32,000 nucleotides of DNA. Source: Acaryochloris thomasi RCC1774. GTDB taxonomy: Bacteria; Cyanobacteriota; Cyanobacteriia; Thermosynechococcales; Thermosynechococcaceae. The stretch spans positions 151,310-183,309 of the forward strand of contig NZ_PQWO01000012.1 in assembly GCF_003231495.1 (NCBI RefSeq), in the 5' to 3' direction. The notes under the pieces are model-generated. The model was not told the DNA's origin. It saw nothing but the letters and a program-made list of their open reading frames with translations, and made no database searches. Each line of letters begins with the position of its first letter. Position 1 is the first letter of the stretch. The translations under genes were made by a program, and so were the position numbers. Shown in pieces: positions 1 to 9,858 of this stretch.

Positions 1-222
1 GTTCACCATGCCTAAAAATAATTTAAAGTCAATAATTAAAGGCTCTGTCTAGTAGTGAAGCCAACAGCTCATGGATTTAGGCGACTCAAAAGCCAGATGA
101 CAACTGCTAATATATTGCTTGTCAATTAATCAATACTGCAATCTACAGTACTATTCTATTCCTAGTGTGCACTCTAATCTTTTAAATCGCCAGCTTATGG
201 GTGTGGAAAACACTCTTTTTAC

Positions 223-2829
223 CTATAGCCAATTACCTACCAATATAAAGGGTGCCCAGAAAAAAGGAGCGTCATAATCACTCTCTGACAATAACGATAG
301 CTGAGCTTGTCTGAGGGCTTCAGCTTTAGTGATTCCTGGGATCTTCAGGGACTGATAAAACTGGCGCATGAAGGTTGCTGTTGATTGATCTCGAACGGAC
401 CAAAGCGTTGCCAGTGTGGCACGGGCACCTGAGCGAACGGCCAATCCGGCCAATCCCAGTACCGCTTTGTCGTCTCCCGCTGCTGTTTGACAGGCACTGA
501 GAACTAATAGCTCAATTGCTTGAGAATTTTGTGTTCCCTGTCTAGAAAGCAGTGCACTCAAATCTTGAATATTAAGTCGTCCTTCCCAGGTCAAAAGGAA
601 GGTCTCAGATGCGTTAGAACTAAACTGCCCGTGGGTTGCCAAATGGACAATGCTAGCGGGTTCTTCGGTAACGCGTTCGGCTAATTTCGGTCGCGTAAAG
701 TCTTGATTGAGGAGAGTGGTGCTCGGCAAGTTTTGGGAGAGTTGTTTTAGTTCGGAGGTGACAGCGGGGAGTGCACTAAACCCCTGGTGGGCAAGACTGA
801 CGCCGCCTGTAATTGCGCTGAGTTTAGTATCAGCCAATGGGCGAGGCGCTAACAACTGCAGGCCAGGGGAAAGCGCAAGGCGATACTTTTCAATCAGGTA
901 TTGAGTACCGTCGTGGAGAGCCGCCATCGGAATATTGCGCAGTTCACCGTCGAGAACAAACACTAAGGTTTCAACACCTGCAAAGGCCTGATCGGCTTCA
1001 GCAGAGCGAATCAGTAGATCATACATTTTCTGTGACCGCTGCAGCTGTGCCTCGCTATCATAGGCCAGACTTAAGGATTCTAGGAATGCATCAATTTGTG
1101 TTTCAACGTCAGCTTCAGCGTTGGGGATGCTGTAGTATCGCGGCGGTTGCTGAGGACGAGAGACAATAATAGCCGTCTGTTCAGGCAGGATAATTGAGTA
1201 AACAACGGCTGCGGTCGGATCGATTTGGTCAATTTGTACAGGCTGCAGATCGGCACAGGCTTCCCGGAAGAAGTTATCGAGTTCAGCAAGCTGTAGGGCT
1301 TCAATCAAGGCGCGCGCTTCGATTAAGTTGGCTCGACTGGGCTGTTCTTCTTCTAACAGTAGGGCTACAAGCTCTCGATAGGTAGGTTCAACACTCTCTC
1401 GAAAGGAGAACTGCACCTCTGAACGAATGGTGGCTAAATCGCTACGAAGCTGCTGCAGAGCCTGAGCCGCCTGACGATAGGATGCGATCGCAAGTCCACT
1501 ATTCCCCTGCTGCACCTGGAGTCGCCCCAACTGTGTAGCAGCCTGAGCGGTGATGTCAGTCGCTCTCATGCCTTGGGCACGTGCCAAGCCTTTTTCTGTA
1601 ACACCAATGGCCTGCTGCAATTGCCCCCGATGTCGGTAGAGTTTTCCCTGCTGAACTAAGGTGTGGGCGGCGGCTTGTCCATCCTGTAGTTGATTTGCAT
1701 TAGCAGCGGCCTGCTCTAGCAGTTGCAGGAGAGCATCACTTGATATCGGTGACGGACCGACCTCCCAGGCAAGCGTGGCATTTGCAAAGTTCACTGCACT
1801 GTACACAGCATGACGGCTAGGGGGAAGCCGGGAAATCTGGCGATACAGTTCGGGGACAAGCTGCATCGCTTGCTGCTGTTTTCCAAGTTCAAGATAGAGA
1901 CTCAGCTCATTTAACTGGGCGTCAATCTTCTCCCTCGGCTGAGTCGCTGCCTGAGCAGCCTGCTGGAAGAACTTCAGGGCCGCCTGGGTTTGCTCTAAAC
2001 CATGCATCGTGCTGCCTAGACTCAAGAGAATAGGGCTACTGGAAATTTTTTCTGCCTGTGCAATCGCAAGACTCTGTTCTAGGGCTTGGCGACTTGCTTC
2101 AAAGTCTCCGAGCTTTTGGTAGGCGATTCCTAAACTATGCAGTCCTCGCAGCTTCAATATCGAGTTGGGGGTGCTGTTGATCTGCTGGGTCAAGCCCGTT
2201 AAAAGCGTACGGGTCCGGCGATAAAAACCGAGCTGCTGCCAGGCTTGAGCCTGATTGATCTGAGTCCCTAAAGCACCTTGCGCATCGTTGGCACGCTCAT
2301 AATACTGATGGGCATTGTTCCAGGTTGCGATCGCATCTTCGGCTTTACCTGTAGAAAACTGCAGACTGGCTTTGGTGTTGAGCGTATGGGCCCACAGGAT
2401 CGGCTCTGCAACAGCATTTGATTCTAAGAGGCGTAGACTAGTTGCGATCTCATTTTCAGCAGCTTGCCACTGGGACAATTCTTGATAAGCCAATGACCCA
2501 TAACTCAGACTCAAAGCCTGATTGGCAAAATCTCCCTGGCTAGCATAGGTTTCTGCTGCGGCCTGAAAAGAAGTAGCAGCCTCTGCAAACAACCCGGCGG
2601 AGTAAAGACGCCTTCCCTCTTTTAAAAACTCTTCTTCAGACCGCTCAGTTTCTTTAGTCTGCTGCGCGAGAACAATGAAAGGTTCGGTACCGACAGAAGC
2701 TACCACAGGCTTTGAGGCTACCAGTCCCCCTATCCCCATCCAAATAAACAGCCAGAACAGAAGCGGCTGAGCGACCCTACGCTTAGAGGAATGGCAAACC
2801 CTATCTTTTTGGCTTGTAGAAGCTAACAT
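223..2829 (-). CDS. Membrane-anchored TPR-repeat / CHAT-domain (caspase-like protease fold) protein
   Basis: 868-aa ORF. N-terminal hydrophobic segment LLFWLFIWMGIGGLVA. Long central Ala/Leu/Gln-rich TPR-like helical repeats. The C-terminal ~280 aa carries the CHAT His/Cys dyad contexts HLATHGQF (His733, codon 631-633) and LVLSACQTAAGD (Cys780, codon 490-492). The ATG at 2829 overlaps the upstream gene's stop by 7 nt. Confidence 0.85.
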   Translation of the reverse strand: MLASTSQKDRVCHSSKRRVAQPLLFWLFIWMGIGGLVASKPVVASVGTEPFIVLAQQTKETERSEEEFLKEGRRLYSAGLFAEAATSFQAAAETYASQGDFANQALSLSYGSLAYQELSQWQAAENEIATSLRLLESNAVAEPILWAHTLNTKASLQFSTGKAEDAIATWNNAHQYYERANDAQGALGTQINQAQAWQQLGFYRRTRTLLTGLTQQINSTPNSILKLRGLHSLGIAYQKLGDFEASRQALEQSLAIAQAEKISSSPILLSLGSTMHGLEQTQAALKFFQQAAQAATQPREKIDAQLNELSLYLELGKQQQAMQLVPELYRQISRLPPSRHAVYSAVNFANATLAWEVGPSPISSDALLQLLEQAAANANQLQDGQAAAHTLVQQGKLYRHRGQLQQAIGVTEKGLARAQGMRATDITAQAATQLGRLQVQQGNSGLAIASYRQAAQALQQLRSDLATIRSEVQFSFRESVEPTYRELVALLLEEEQPSRANLIEARALIEALQLAELDNFFREACADLQPVQIDQIDPTAAVVYSIILPEQTAIIVSRPQQPPRYYSIPNAEADVETQIDAFLESLSLAYDSEAQLQRSQKMYDLLIRSAEADQAFAGVETLVFVLDGELRNIPMAALHDGTQYLIEKYRLALSPGLQLLAPRPLADTKLSAITGGVSLAHQGFSALPAVTSELKQLSQNLPSTTLLNQDFTRPKLAERVTEEPASIVHLATHGQFSSNASETFLLTWEGRLNIQDLSALLSRQGTQNSQAIELLVLSACQTAAGDDKAVLGLAGLAVRSGARATLATLWSVRDQSTATFMRQFYQSLKIPGITKAEALRQAQLSLLSESDYDAPFFWAPFILVGNWL

Positions 2830-5063
2830 GTTTGTGCTGCGTCTCCAAGGTCTGCTGAAACTAAGTTCGGTTGATGATTTACAAGCCTCATACGTCCTTG
2901 AGCATCACGGTGCCAGCCTGTTGCTTCTAGTAACGGGGCTGGTGTCACTGGCCTAGTAGCATATTCCTGTGAAGGATACCCTCGCTGCTGCGTCGTGCGA
3001 AAAGCCGAAAGGTCACGCACATCATTCCATAGCTGTGGATTACTCACTAAATCCTGAGGGCTGGAGGGGACACCTCCCCGACCTGCTAATACAAAGCTAT
3101 TGCCTTGCTTGGCTGCACAACCGATAGCAATCTTCTGACTTGGGTCGCTGACGCCTTCAGGCAAGTTGACAAGAGCTGAGTCTGGGTCAGAGACAAGTGT
3201 GTCGATTTCAATGCCTCCAGCAAGTCCAAATTCAGAGCTAGCATCAATATCATTGGTTCCATTACCTGCAATCGCCTGCCGTTCTGCGAAGCCAAACAAA
3301 CCTTGGGTATTAATAGTAATATTGCCCCCCATCCCCTCAAAAGCATTGGCAACGATATTGCTATCTTGACTCGGACTTGCAAAAACAAGACCTGCATCTA
3401 TTGCGATATTGCCGCCATCACCAGTCCCCCCAGCTTCTGCTGTAATCTGACTGTTGTTACTCAGCAGCAGCAGCCCTGAGACTTGCAGATTGATATTGCC
3501 GCCTCTACCAACTTCTGTCTGTGCATTAAGAAGGCCTTGATCAAGAGTTAAGGTATCCGATGTGATGTTGAGAGTGCCTGCGGCTCCAGATCCTGAACTC
3601 GTAACGACAACTTGCGCACCATCTCTGATCGTTAATTGCGGAGTATTGATACTTAAGACTCCACCAGCACCGGAGCCATCAGTTGCAGCGGATAAGTTAC
3701 TTGGTATTGGAACTGGTGAGCCAATACCAGAAATTTCTATCAGCTCAGAGGCGTTAATGACTATATCGCCTGCCTTTCCCTGGCTAAGAGTGCCAGAAGA
3801 GATAAAACCTCCGTTGCGGATGAACAGCTTCTGAGTATCAATCAGGATATCTCCTCCGTTACCAGTTACTGGTGCATTTATTACCTCCTGTTCATCGATA
3901 CCGACTTGCGAGAACAAAGAACTCGGCACACCATCAATTTCAACTGAGTCAGTTGCGAGAACTTCTATATTGCCGCCATTACCAAAATCGGTAGTAGCAT
4001 TGGAGATCTGTGTATTACTTAGGACAATGTGCCGACCTCTGAGTCGAATCGTCCCACCAGCGCCACTAGCATCGATGGAGGCCAGATCGCCAAACAAAGC
4101 TGGAACCACAGAGGGATCGAGAGGACCCAAACGAATATCTTGAAAGCTTTCAACCAAGCTGTAGTCAAGTGCCCACCCTTGATTGACCTCAGTCAAGCCA
4201 ACAAAGCTATTTCTATCAACACTACCAAGCTCAACCCGTCCTCCTAAAGCAGTAAGATGTCCACCTTCAAACATCACCTCCCTCCCGACAAGAACCAACG
4301 CATTACCTGGCCGTACCTGCAAGCCAACTGGATCCCCAGATGGAGCCAAGCCCAGGGGAGATATGTTAGTAATGGGCATTGCATTAGATTGATTGGTGAT
4401 ACCTCCCGGAGCTTCCCCAAACTGCAAGCCAATGGGAGAATTAACTGTCAATAGCGGAGTTGCTTGCGAGGATGCGGCACTAAACACCGTGCCGTCTGCA
4501 AAGGTTAAATCACTAGCAGTAGTTCCAAGGAACGAACCACCAATATCAAGAATTGCATTTGGGCCAAAAATGATACCGTTTGGATTGATCAAAAAAAGAT
4601 TAGTGGCTCCCCCAACCTGCAAAGTGCCATCGATATTGGAAATAGAGCTACCTGTCACCCGGCTGATTATATTTTCGACAGATGTATTGCCAGGCAGACG
4701 AAAATTTGCAACCTCACCCGTACGAATAGAAAATGCCTCAAAACTATGAAATAGATTGCTGCCGCGCTGAATACCACCCGTAATCTCTACCGACGACCCA
4801 GCGGTGCTGACTCGCGTTGACAGTGTACCGTCTGGCGCAGCTTGCGCAGTTGACGGGCAAGCGCCCAGTAAGAGGTTTCCTCCAATACATATCCCGCAAC
4901 ACAGCCAAGAGTGAATCCACTTATTGGCAACACGAACATTACTTAATAGATACACCTTAGTTTCTGTGAGATATTTCTGACAGCTTCCTGGAAGTATACC
5001 CACATTTGTATTTTTGCCAACATTGAGAACAAGGCAGAATCGCAAAACATTGCAAACTTGCAA
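2823..5063 (-). CDS. Filamentous-hemagglutinin-like exoprotein (TPS / haemagglutination-activity domain followed by beta-helix repeats)
   Basis: 746-aa ORF. Residues ~80-190 (nt ~4494-4826) carry TPS-domain hallmarks: NLFHSFEAF, ISRVTG and INPNGIIFG. The rest is periodic G-G-(N/D)-I type repeats (GNGGNIEV, GNGGDILI, GKAGDIVI, GRGGNINL, GDGGNIAI, GMGGNITI). The C-terminal motif is NSFVLAGRGGVPSSP. Signal-like core WLCCGICIGGNLLLGACPSTAQA. The ATG at 5063 is probably too far upstream; an in-frame GTG at 4955 is an alternative start. Confidence 0.85.
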   Translation of the reverse strand: MQVCNVLRFCLVLNVGKNTNVGILPGSCQKYLTETKVYLLSNVRVANKWIHSWLCCGICIGGNLLLGACPSTAQAAPDGTLSTRVSTAGSSVEITGGIQRGSNLFHSFEAFSIRTGEVANFRLPGNTSVENIISRVTGSSISNIDGTLQVGGATNLFLINPNGIIFGPNAILDIGGSFLGTTASDLTFADGTVFSAASSQATPLLTVNSPIGLQFGEAPGGITNQSNAMPITNISPLGLAPSGDPVGLQVRPGNALVLVGREVMFEGGHLTALGGRVELGSVDRNSFVGLTEVNQGWALDYSLVESFQDIRLGPLDPSVVPALFGDLASIDASGAGGTIRLRGRHIVLSNTQISNATTDFGNGGNIEVLATDSVEIDGVPSSLFSQVGIDEQEVINAPVTGNGGDILIDTQKLFIRNGGFISSGTLSQGKAGDIVINASELIEISGIGSPVPIPSNLSAATDGSGAGGVLSINTPQLTIRDGAQVVVTSSGSGAAGTLNITSDTLTLDQGLLNAQTEVGRGGNINLQVSGLLLLSNNSQITAEAGGTGDGGNIAIDAGLVFASPSQDSNIVANAFEGMGGNITINTQGLFGFAERQAIAGNGTNDIDASSEFGLAGGIEIDTLVSDPDSALVNLPEGVSDPSQKIAIGCAAKQGNSFVLAGRGGVPSSPQDLVSNPQLWNDVRDLSAFRTTQQRGYPSQEYATRPVTPAPLLEATGWHRDAQGRMRLVNHQPNLVSADLGDAAQTC

Positions 5064-5102
5064 CGCACAAATACTATTTATCCGCTAGCGCCTTGATTCT
5101 CT

Positions 5103-5150
5103 ACCCAAAAAACAACGTAATAGTGCCGTAAGCCTATTACGTTGTTTTAC
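5103..5150 (-). terminator. Rho-independent terminator downstream of the 69-aa peptide gene
   Basis: Perfect 15-bp inverted repeat AAAACAACGTAATAG (5109-5123) / CTATTACGTTGTTTT (5134-5148) with a 10-nt loop. On the minus strand a T-run follows the stem (plus-strand A-run 5107-5112). It lies ~55 nt after the stop at 5205 and separates that gene from the FHA-like gene. Confidence 0.6.
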
Positions 5151-5204
5151 GTTTCTACTTAGGTATATCGCTTTCTCAACACCCCAAAATCAAGGGCTGG
5201 GCAT

Positions 5205-5414
5205 CTACCAACAAAATCTTCCAATGCCTGCAATTGTAATACAGCGTTGAGGCTCAACAACTCGCTTGATAACATCTTGGCTTTCACTCGAACTCTGCTC
5301 AGCCTGATCAAGCTGAGGCTGAGCTTGAACTTTCTCTGCCATCAGAATTGGGCCAGAAGCAGCAGAGAAGGTCATGGCACTGATCGCTAGGGCCAAGGAG
5401 AATTTAGTTTTCAT
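5205..5414 (-). CDS. Small secreted peptide precursor with C-terminal Cys-loop (hypothetical)
   Basis: 69-aa ORF. AAGGA Shine-Dalgarno-like sequence ~11 nt upstream of the ATG. Signal peptide MKTKFSLALAISAMTFSAASG. Acidic/polar linker. C-terminus CITIAGIGRFCW with two Cys 10 residues apart. Followed by a strong hairpin terminator. Confidence 0.5.
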   Translation of the reverse strand: MKTKFSLALAISAMTFSAASGPILMAEKVQAQPQLDQAEQSSSESQDVIKRVVEPQRCITIAGIGRFCW

Positions 5415-5896
5415 GATGCTTATGAATCCTTAAGTGAATCTACTGAATTCGAACAGATTTAAGTCACTCAAAATTGTTCTGAAAATGAATTCAGAATTTA
5501 TCCCCCAAGAGTTCCCCCATGTGCTAGACCAGCTAGCACTGAACGTCATGCGTAAAACTACGCAAAATGTCAGATAACTAGTTGGAATTGTATAGTAAAA
5601 AGACTAATGTGGCATCCCCCAAACAGGTGAGATGAGATTAGTATGACCATACGTCAAAGTGCCACGTCATTGCTTAGCCTTGAGAAATGTACAAGTTTCC
5701 CACTATTGGAAGTATTTTGACGGCGATTCTTCTATCAGGCTTTGTTGACATCCCTGTCTTTCAAGCTACGGCCTCTAGGTAGTGAAAGACAGAAGATATT
5801 GCTCTATGCGTGTGCTTGCCGCTGGAGTTGCCCTGATGTGTGGACTACGATCCAACTATAATAATCTTTGTCCTATCTCATTAAGAGTCTGCAGCC

Positions 5897-7153
5897 GTGA
5901 CCGTTTCTCCCGTCTCCCCTGCCGCAACATCAAATCCAACTCAACTTCCTGATGCGCTGGGTCGATTTGGTGTATTCGGAGGCAAGTATGTTCCTGAAAC
6001 CTTGATGCCTGCCCTCAGTGAGCTAGAAGAGGCGTTTGAGAAATATCGAGATGATTCTGGCTTTCAAGAGCAGCTCAACGGTCTCCTGAGAGATTATGTC
6101 GGACGGGCCAATCCGCTGTACTTCGCAGAACGTCTGACGGCTCACTATGCACGTCCCGACGGCACAGGACCACAAATTTATCTCAAGCGTGAGGATCTCA
6201 ATCATACGGGTGCTCACAAGATCAACAACGCTCTGGCGCAGGTATTGCTAGCGCAACGAATGGGCAAGCAGCGCATTATTGCAGAAACAGGTGCAGGCCA
6301 ACATGGCGTCGCCACCGCCACTGTCTGTGCTCGATTTGGCTTACAGTGTGTCATCTACATGGGTGTTCAAGACATGGAGCGTCAATCGCTCAACGTGTTT
6401 CGGATGCGTTTGCTAGGAGCAAAGGTCCAACCAGTAGAGGCCGGCACCGGAACGCTCAAGGATGCCACGTCAGAGGCAATTCGTGACTGGGTGACTAACG
6501 TTGAGACCACACACTACATTTTGGGTTCCGTTGCGGGTCCACACCCCTATCCGATGATGGTCCGCGATTTTCATGCGGTCATTGGTCGAGAAACACGGCA
6601 GCAGTGCCAAGAGCACTGGGGTGGATTGCCCGATATCTTGCTGGCCTGCGTCGGTGGTGGCTCCAATGCAATGGGTCTGTTCCATGAGTTTGTTAAGGAC
6701 TCTTCAATCCGCATCATTGGCGTCGAGGCTGCCGGTGAAGGTATTGGCAGCGGACATCATGCCGCGACTCTCACTCAGGGACAGATTGGTGTTCTGCATG
6801 GTGCAATGAGCTATTTACTGCAGGATGATGACGGTCAAGTAGAGGAAGCGCATTCGATTAGTGCCGGGCTAGATTATCCGGGTGTCGGACCGGAGCACAG
6901 CTTTTTGAAAGATAGCGGTCGTGCAGAGTATTTCAGCGTCACCGATGCTGAGGCGATTGCAGCCTTTCAGCGCCTCTCTGAACTAGAGGGGATTATTCCG
7001 GCCCTAGAGACCAGTCATGCGATCGCATATCTTGAAACCCTCTGTCCACAGCTAACAGGCAGCCCGCGCATCGTGATCAACTGTTCAGGCCGGGGGGATA
7101 AAGATGTACAAACCGTGGCCAAATTTCTGGAACATCTCCAGAGCGACACCTAA
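5897..7153 (+). CDS. trpB: Tryptophan synthase beta subunit
   Basis: 418-aa ORF with a GTG start. PLP-lysine motif HTGAHKINN, glycine loop [10 protein letters not shown], and full-length TrpB-like sequence ([16 protein letters not shown], [12 protein letters not shown]). Confidence 0.97.
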   Translation: MTVSPVSPAATSNPTQLPDALGRFGVFGGKYVPETLMPALSELEEAFEKYRDDSGFQEQLNGLLRDYVGRANPLYFAERLTAHYARPDGTGPQIYLKREDLNHTGAHKINNALAQVLLAQRMGKQRIIAETGAGQHGVATATVCARFGLQCVIYMGVQDMERQSLNVFRMRLLGAKVQPVEAGTGTLKDATSEAIRDWVTNVETTHYILGSVAGPHPYPMMVRDFHAVIGRETRQQCQEHWGGLPDILLACVGGGSNAMGLFHEFVKDSSIRIIGVEAAGEGIGSGHHAATLTQGQIGVLHGAMSYLLQDDDGQVEEAHSISAGLDYPGVGPEHSFLKDSGRAEYFSVTDAEAIAAFQRLSELEGIIPALETSHAIAYLETLCPQLTGSPRIVINCSGRGDKDVQTVAKFLEHLQSDT

Positions 7154-7172
7154 GATTTAGGCATCACTCGTT

Positions 7173-8909
7173 TTGCAACGCTTGCAGCAGCCTAATCGAT
7201 ACCATCTATTACTTCTCTTGGCATCGATTGTGTTAGGGCTGGGGCTGCGGCTGATAAACCTAACCGATAAATGCCTCTGGACTGATGAGCTGGCAACCTT
7301 AGTTTTCAGCCTCGGGCACAGCTTTTTAAGTATTCCTCTCGATCAGATCATCACATCTGAGACCCTTCTGCAGCCGTTGGTCCCAGATCCTCAGCTCAAC
7401 CTCGGAGGCGTCGTTGAGCATTTACTAGGGGAAAGCAACCATCCGCCCCTCTATTTTTGGCTCACGCATCTGTGGCTGCAGATGTTCCCGACCCCAGACG
7501 GCCTCGTTTCTTTGTGGGGAGCGCGATCTCTCTCGGCCCTATTCGGCACTGCGGCGATTCCGGCCATCTTTTGCCTAGGCTATCTTGCCTTCCGCTCGCT
7601 CTGGATTGCCCAGTTAGCAGCGCTATTAATGGCGACCTCTCCCCTCGCCATTTATCTGGCTCAAGAAGCGCGTCATTACACGCTCCCGATTTTGTGGGTG
7701 ATCGCTTCCCTCGCCTGTTTGATAATCGCCACCCGTGCCCTAGCCGAACGCCGTCCCTTACCCTTGTGGGTGATGCTGGTCTGGATTGTAGTCAATGGAT
7801 TGGGAACAGCATCACACTATTTCTTTAGCCTGACCCTCTGCGCTGAGGGGATTGTTTTGCTCGGTTTAGCAGGTCGACAGATCCAGCAGCAGGCCCTCTC
7901 TACAGACAAAACTCTCAAAGCAAACCGTTCTTTCTGGCAAAAGCATCCACTTCGATCAACGTGGCTGCGAATTGGAGTAGTGGGCGCAGGGACGTTGGCA
8001 AGCTTGGTGGTCTGGCTTCCTTTTCTGCAGGGCGTTCAGGATAGCGAGATCACGCAGTGGATCCATCGGGGCAATCGCGTCGGACTAGAATGGCTCGATC
8101 CGGTTTTGCAAATCCTGGCGGGGGCGAGCACGATGCTCTACATGCTGCCCATCCAGGCGAGCAATGCGCCCCTCAGCGTGGTGTCGTTTGTGGCGCTGGT
8201 GTTGCTAGCGATTTGGACGGGCTTCAAAATTAATCAGGGACTGCGGATTTCTAGCGCCAATGGCTATGCGGTCTGGATTCTAGGTGGGTTTGTTGTCGGT
8301 GCGATCGCAACTTTTTTAATCATCACCTATGGCTTCGAGCGGGAGGTGACCAGTGCCCCGCGCTATCATTTCGTCTTCTTCCCTGCGGTCATACTGCTGA
8401 TTGCCGCTGCATTGGTCCAGCAGTGGTCGCCTTCTCGAGCTGTTTTGAAACAGACGGCCATTATTATTGTCAGCCTCAGTCTACTGGGCGCAATCACCGT
8501 CGTCAGCAACCTCGGCTATCAAAAAACCCATCGTCCCGACATCGTCGCTCAAGCCATTCGAGAAGGCCCCTCCCAACAAAGCCTGATTGTCATCGCCCAT
8601 TCAACCCACGGCCAAACAGGACGAATGATGGCCCTTGCCTGGGACTTTAAACACCGTCCCCTCCAGCCTGCGCCACTTTTTTTAATGGCCCACATCATCG
8701 ACAAGCCAGAATCAGTCCTCATTCCCCTTCAGCATTCGCTGGAACAGATATCAACCCCCATCACACTTTGGCTGCTTGAGTTCAAGGGAGTTCCCGAAGA
8801 CGCACTGCAGGCAACGCTCGCTGCCCATCACTGCCAGCCTCAGCCTCAAGTCAAATCAGCCACAGACGGCTATCGATATCGCATGCATAGATGTAGAGGT
8901 GATCAGTGA
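7173..8909 (+). CDS. Polytopic membrane glycosyltransferase, ArnT/PMT-like (GT39/GT83-type)
   Basis: 578-aa ORF with many hydrophobic helices. The N-terminal region LGLRLINLTDKCLWTDELATLVFSLG...HPPLYFWLTH is typical of cyanobacterial dolichyl-phosphate-mannose-type or ArnT-like transferases. Only near-cognate starts are available (TTG at 7173 or 7182). Confidence 0.7.
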   Translation: MQRLQQPNRYHLLLLLASIVLGLGLRLINLTDKCLWTDELATLVFSLGHSFLSIPLDQIITSETLLQPLVPDPQLNLGGVVEHLLGESNHPPLYFWLTHLWLQMFPTPDGLVSLWGARSLSALFGTAAIPAIFCLGYLAFRSLWIAQLAALLMATSPLAIYLAQEARHYTLPILWVIASLACLIIATRALAERRPLPLWVMLVWIVVNGLGTASHYFFSLTLCAEGIVLLGLAGRQIQQQALSTDKTLKANRSFWQKHPLRSTWLRIGVVGAGTLASLVVWLPFLQGVQDSEITQWIHRGNRVGLEWLDPVLQILAGASTMLYMLPIQASNAPLSVVSFVALVLLAIWTGFKINQGLRISSANGYAVWILGGFVVGAIATFLIITYGFEREVTSAPRYHFVFFPAVILLIAAALVQQWSPSRAVLKQTAIIIVSLSLLGAITVVSNLGYQKTHRPDIVAQAIREGPSQQSLIVIAHSTHGQTGRMMALAWDFKHRPLQPAPLFLMAHIIDKPESVLIPLQHSLEQISTPITLWLLEFKGVPEDALQATLAAHHCQPQPQVKSATDGYRYRMHRCRGDQ

Positions 8910-9131
8910 TAGCTCAATCAGGGGCAGGCTAGGTAAAAGCCAACATCCTGGGCATCATCTGTTAAGCTTTATTAAAAATCAAGACGATTTACTTGTTTTT
9001 TACGTTTATGCCGCATTAGTGGAGATCAAATGATGGCTCATGCTCAACGGTAGCTCGTGCAGGGTCAGTCCAGAGCGAGTTAACCCTGGCAGGTTCTAGC
9101 GGTATTTTTCGGTTGTTGATGATGAGGTTAT

Positions 9132-9707
9132 GTGTTCATGGTTAGTGCCACTCGGCCCACTCCACTCCACACAGTCGATAGTCATTTGTCTGCGACGGAT
9201 CAAGCTTCGCTACTTAATGGTGAGATCTTGATGCAGACGCGTTCCCATAGCCTGATCGGTGCAGGGGTGACGGCTCGAATGTTCTTGCCCACGCCCCGAC
9301 CACAGGCCTGGACACAGCTCACACACTACCCTAGCTGGACTCAATTCTTTCCTGACATCAACCGCAGCGAAGTTCTGTCAACGGTTGACCGCTCGTCCTC
9401 GGTTGAGCATCGACTTCACCAGACGGCTCGGAAGGACTTTTTCCTGCTGGCGGTGCAGGTTGAAATTTATATGAAGGTTACTGAAACCCAGGATCAGCGA
9501 CTTCGCTTTCAGTTCGAACGGGGAAGCTTTAGTGATTTCTCAGCCGATTTGACGCTCCAGGACTACGGCCCCGGAACAATCTTGACCTACTCAGTAGAAG
9601 CTACACCTCTGATTCCGGTCCCGAGTCTTTTCATTCAAGAGGCCATTCGTCACGATTTGCCCAGCAACATGCGGCAGATGCGCCAGGTAATCTGTGCCGC
9701 AGGCTAA
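9132..9707 (+). CDS. SRPBCC-superfamily (cyclase/dehydrase-like) protein
   Basis: 191-aa ORF (GTG at 9132, ATG at 9138). The pattern PRPQAWTQLTHYPSWTQFFPDI and its length fit cyanobacterial SRPBCC/START-like proteins. The family assignment is by recollection only. Confidence 0.6.
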   Translation: MFMVSATRPTPLHTVDSHLSATDQASLLNGEILMQTRSHSLIGAGVTARMFLPTPRPQAWTQLTHYPSWTQFFPDINRSEVLSTVDRSSSVEHRLHQTARKDFFLLAVQVEIYMKVTETQDQRLRFQFERGSFSDFSADLTLQDYGPGTILTYSVEATPLIPVPSLFIQEAIRHDLPSNMRQMRQVICAAG

Positions 9708-9858
9708 TGTATTTTTGTCCTAGCCAGTATGTTTACTCACTCGGCAGGTTAAATTCTGTAAAACCTACGAAAATTTGCTTTCCTGGTCTCGCTCAGGATC
9801 CCTAGAATGAGAGGGACTATCGCAACGGTTAGATTTGCGAATCGCTCGGGATTTCTAT

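Noticed and set aside
707-4749. Numerous 60-120-codon ORFs antisense to, or out of frame with, the CHAT and FHA-like genes (for example 837-1169, 3086-3397, 3562-3834, 4393-4749).
   Set aside because: They lie entirely inside long, motif-supported genes on the other strand. Their translations are low-complexity and Pro/Arg/Ser-rich, as expected for shadow frames of repetitive coding sequence.
5687-5782. 31-codon ORF (MYKFPTIGSILTAILLSGFVDIPVFQATASR) in the 480-bp trpB upstream region. It looks like a single TM helix or an orphan signal peptide.
   Set aside because: It is too short to evaluate without conservation data, has only a weak RBS, and does not match any small photosystem or cytochrome b6f subunit I can recall. 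It would only be worth a conservation check.
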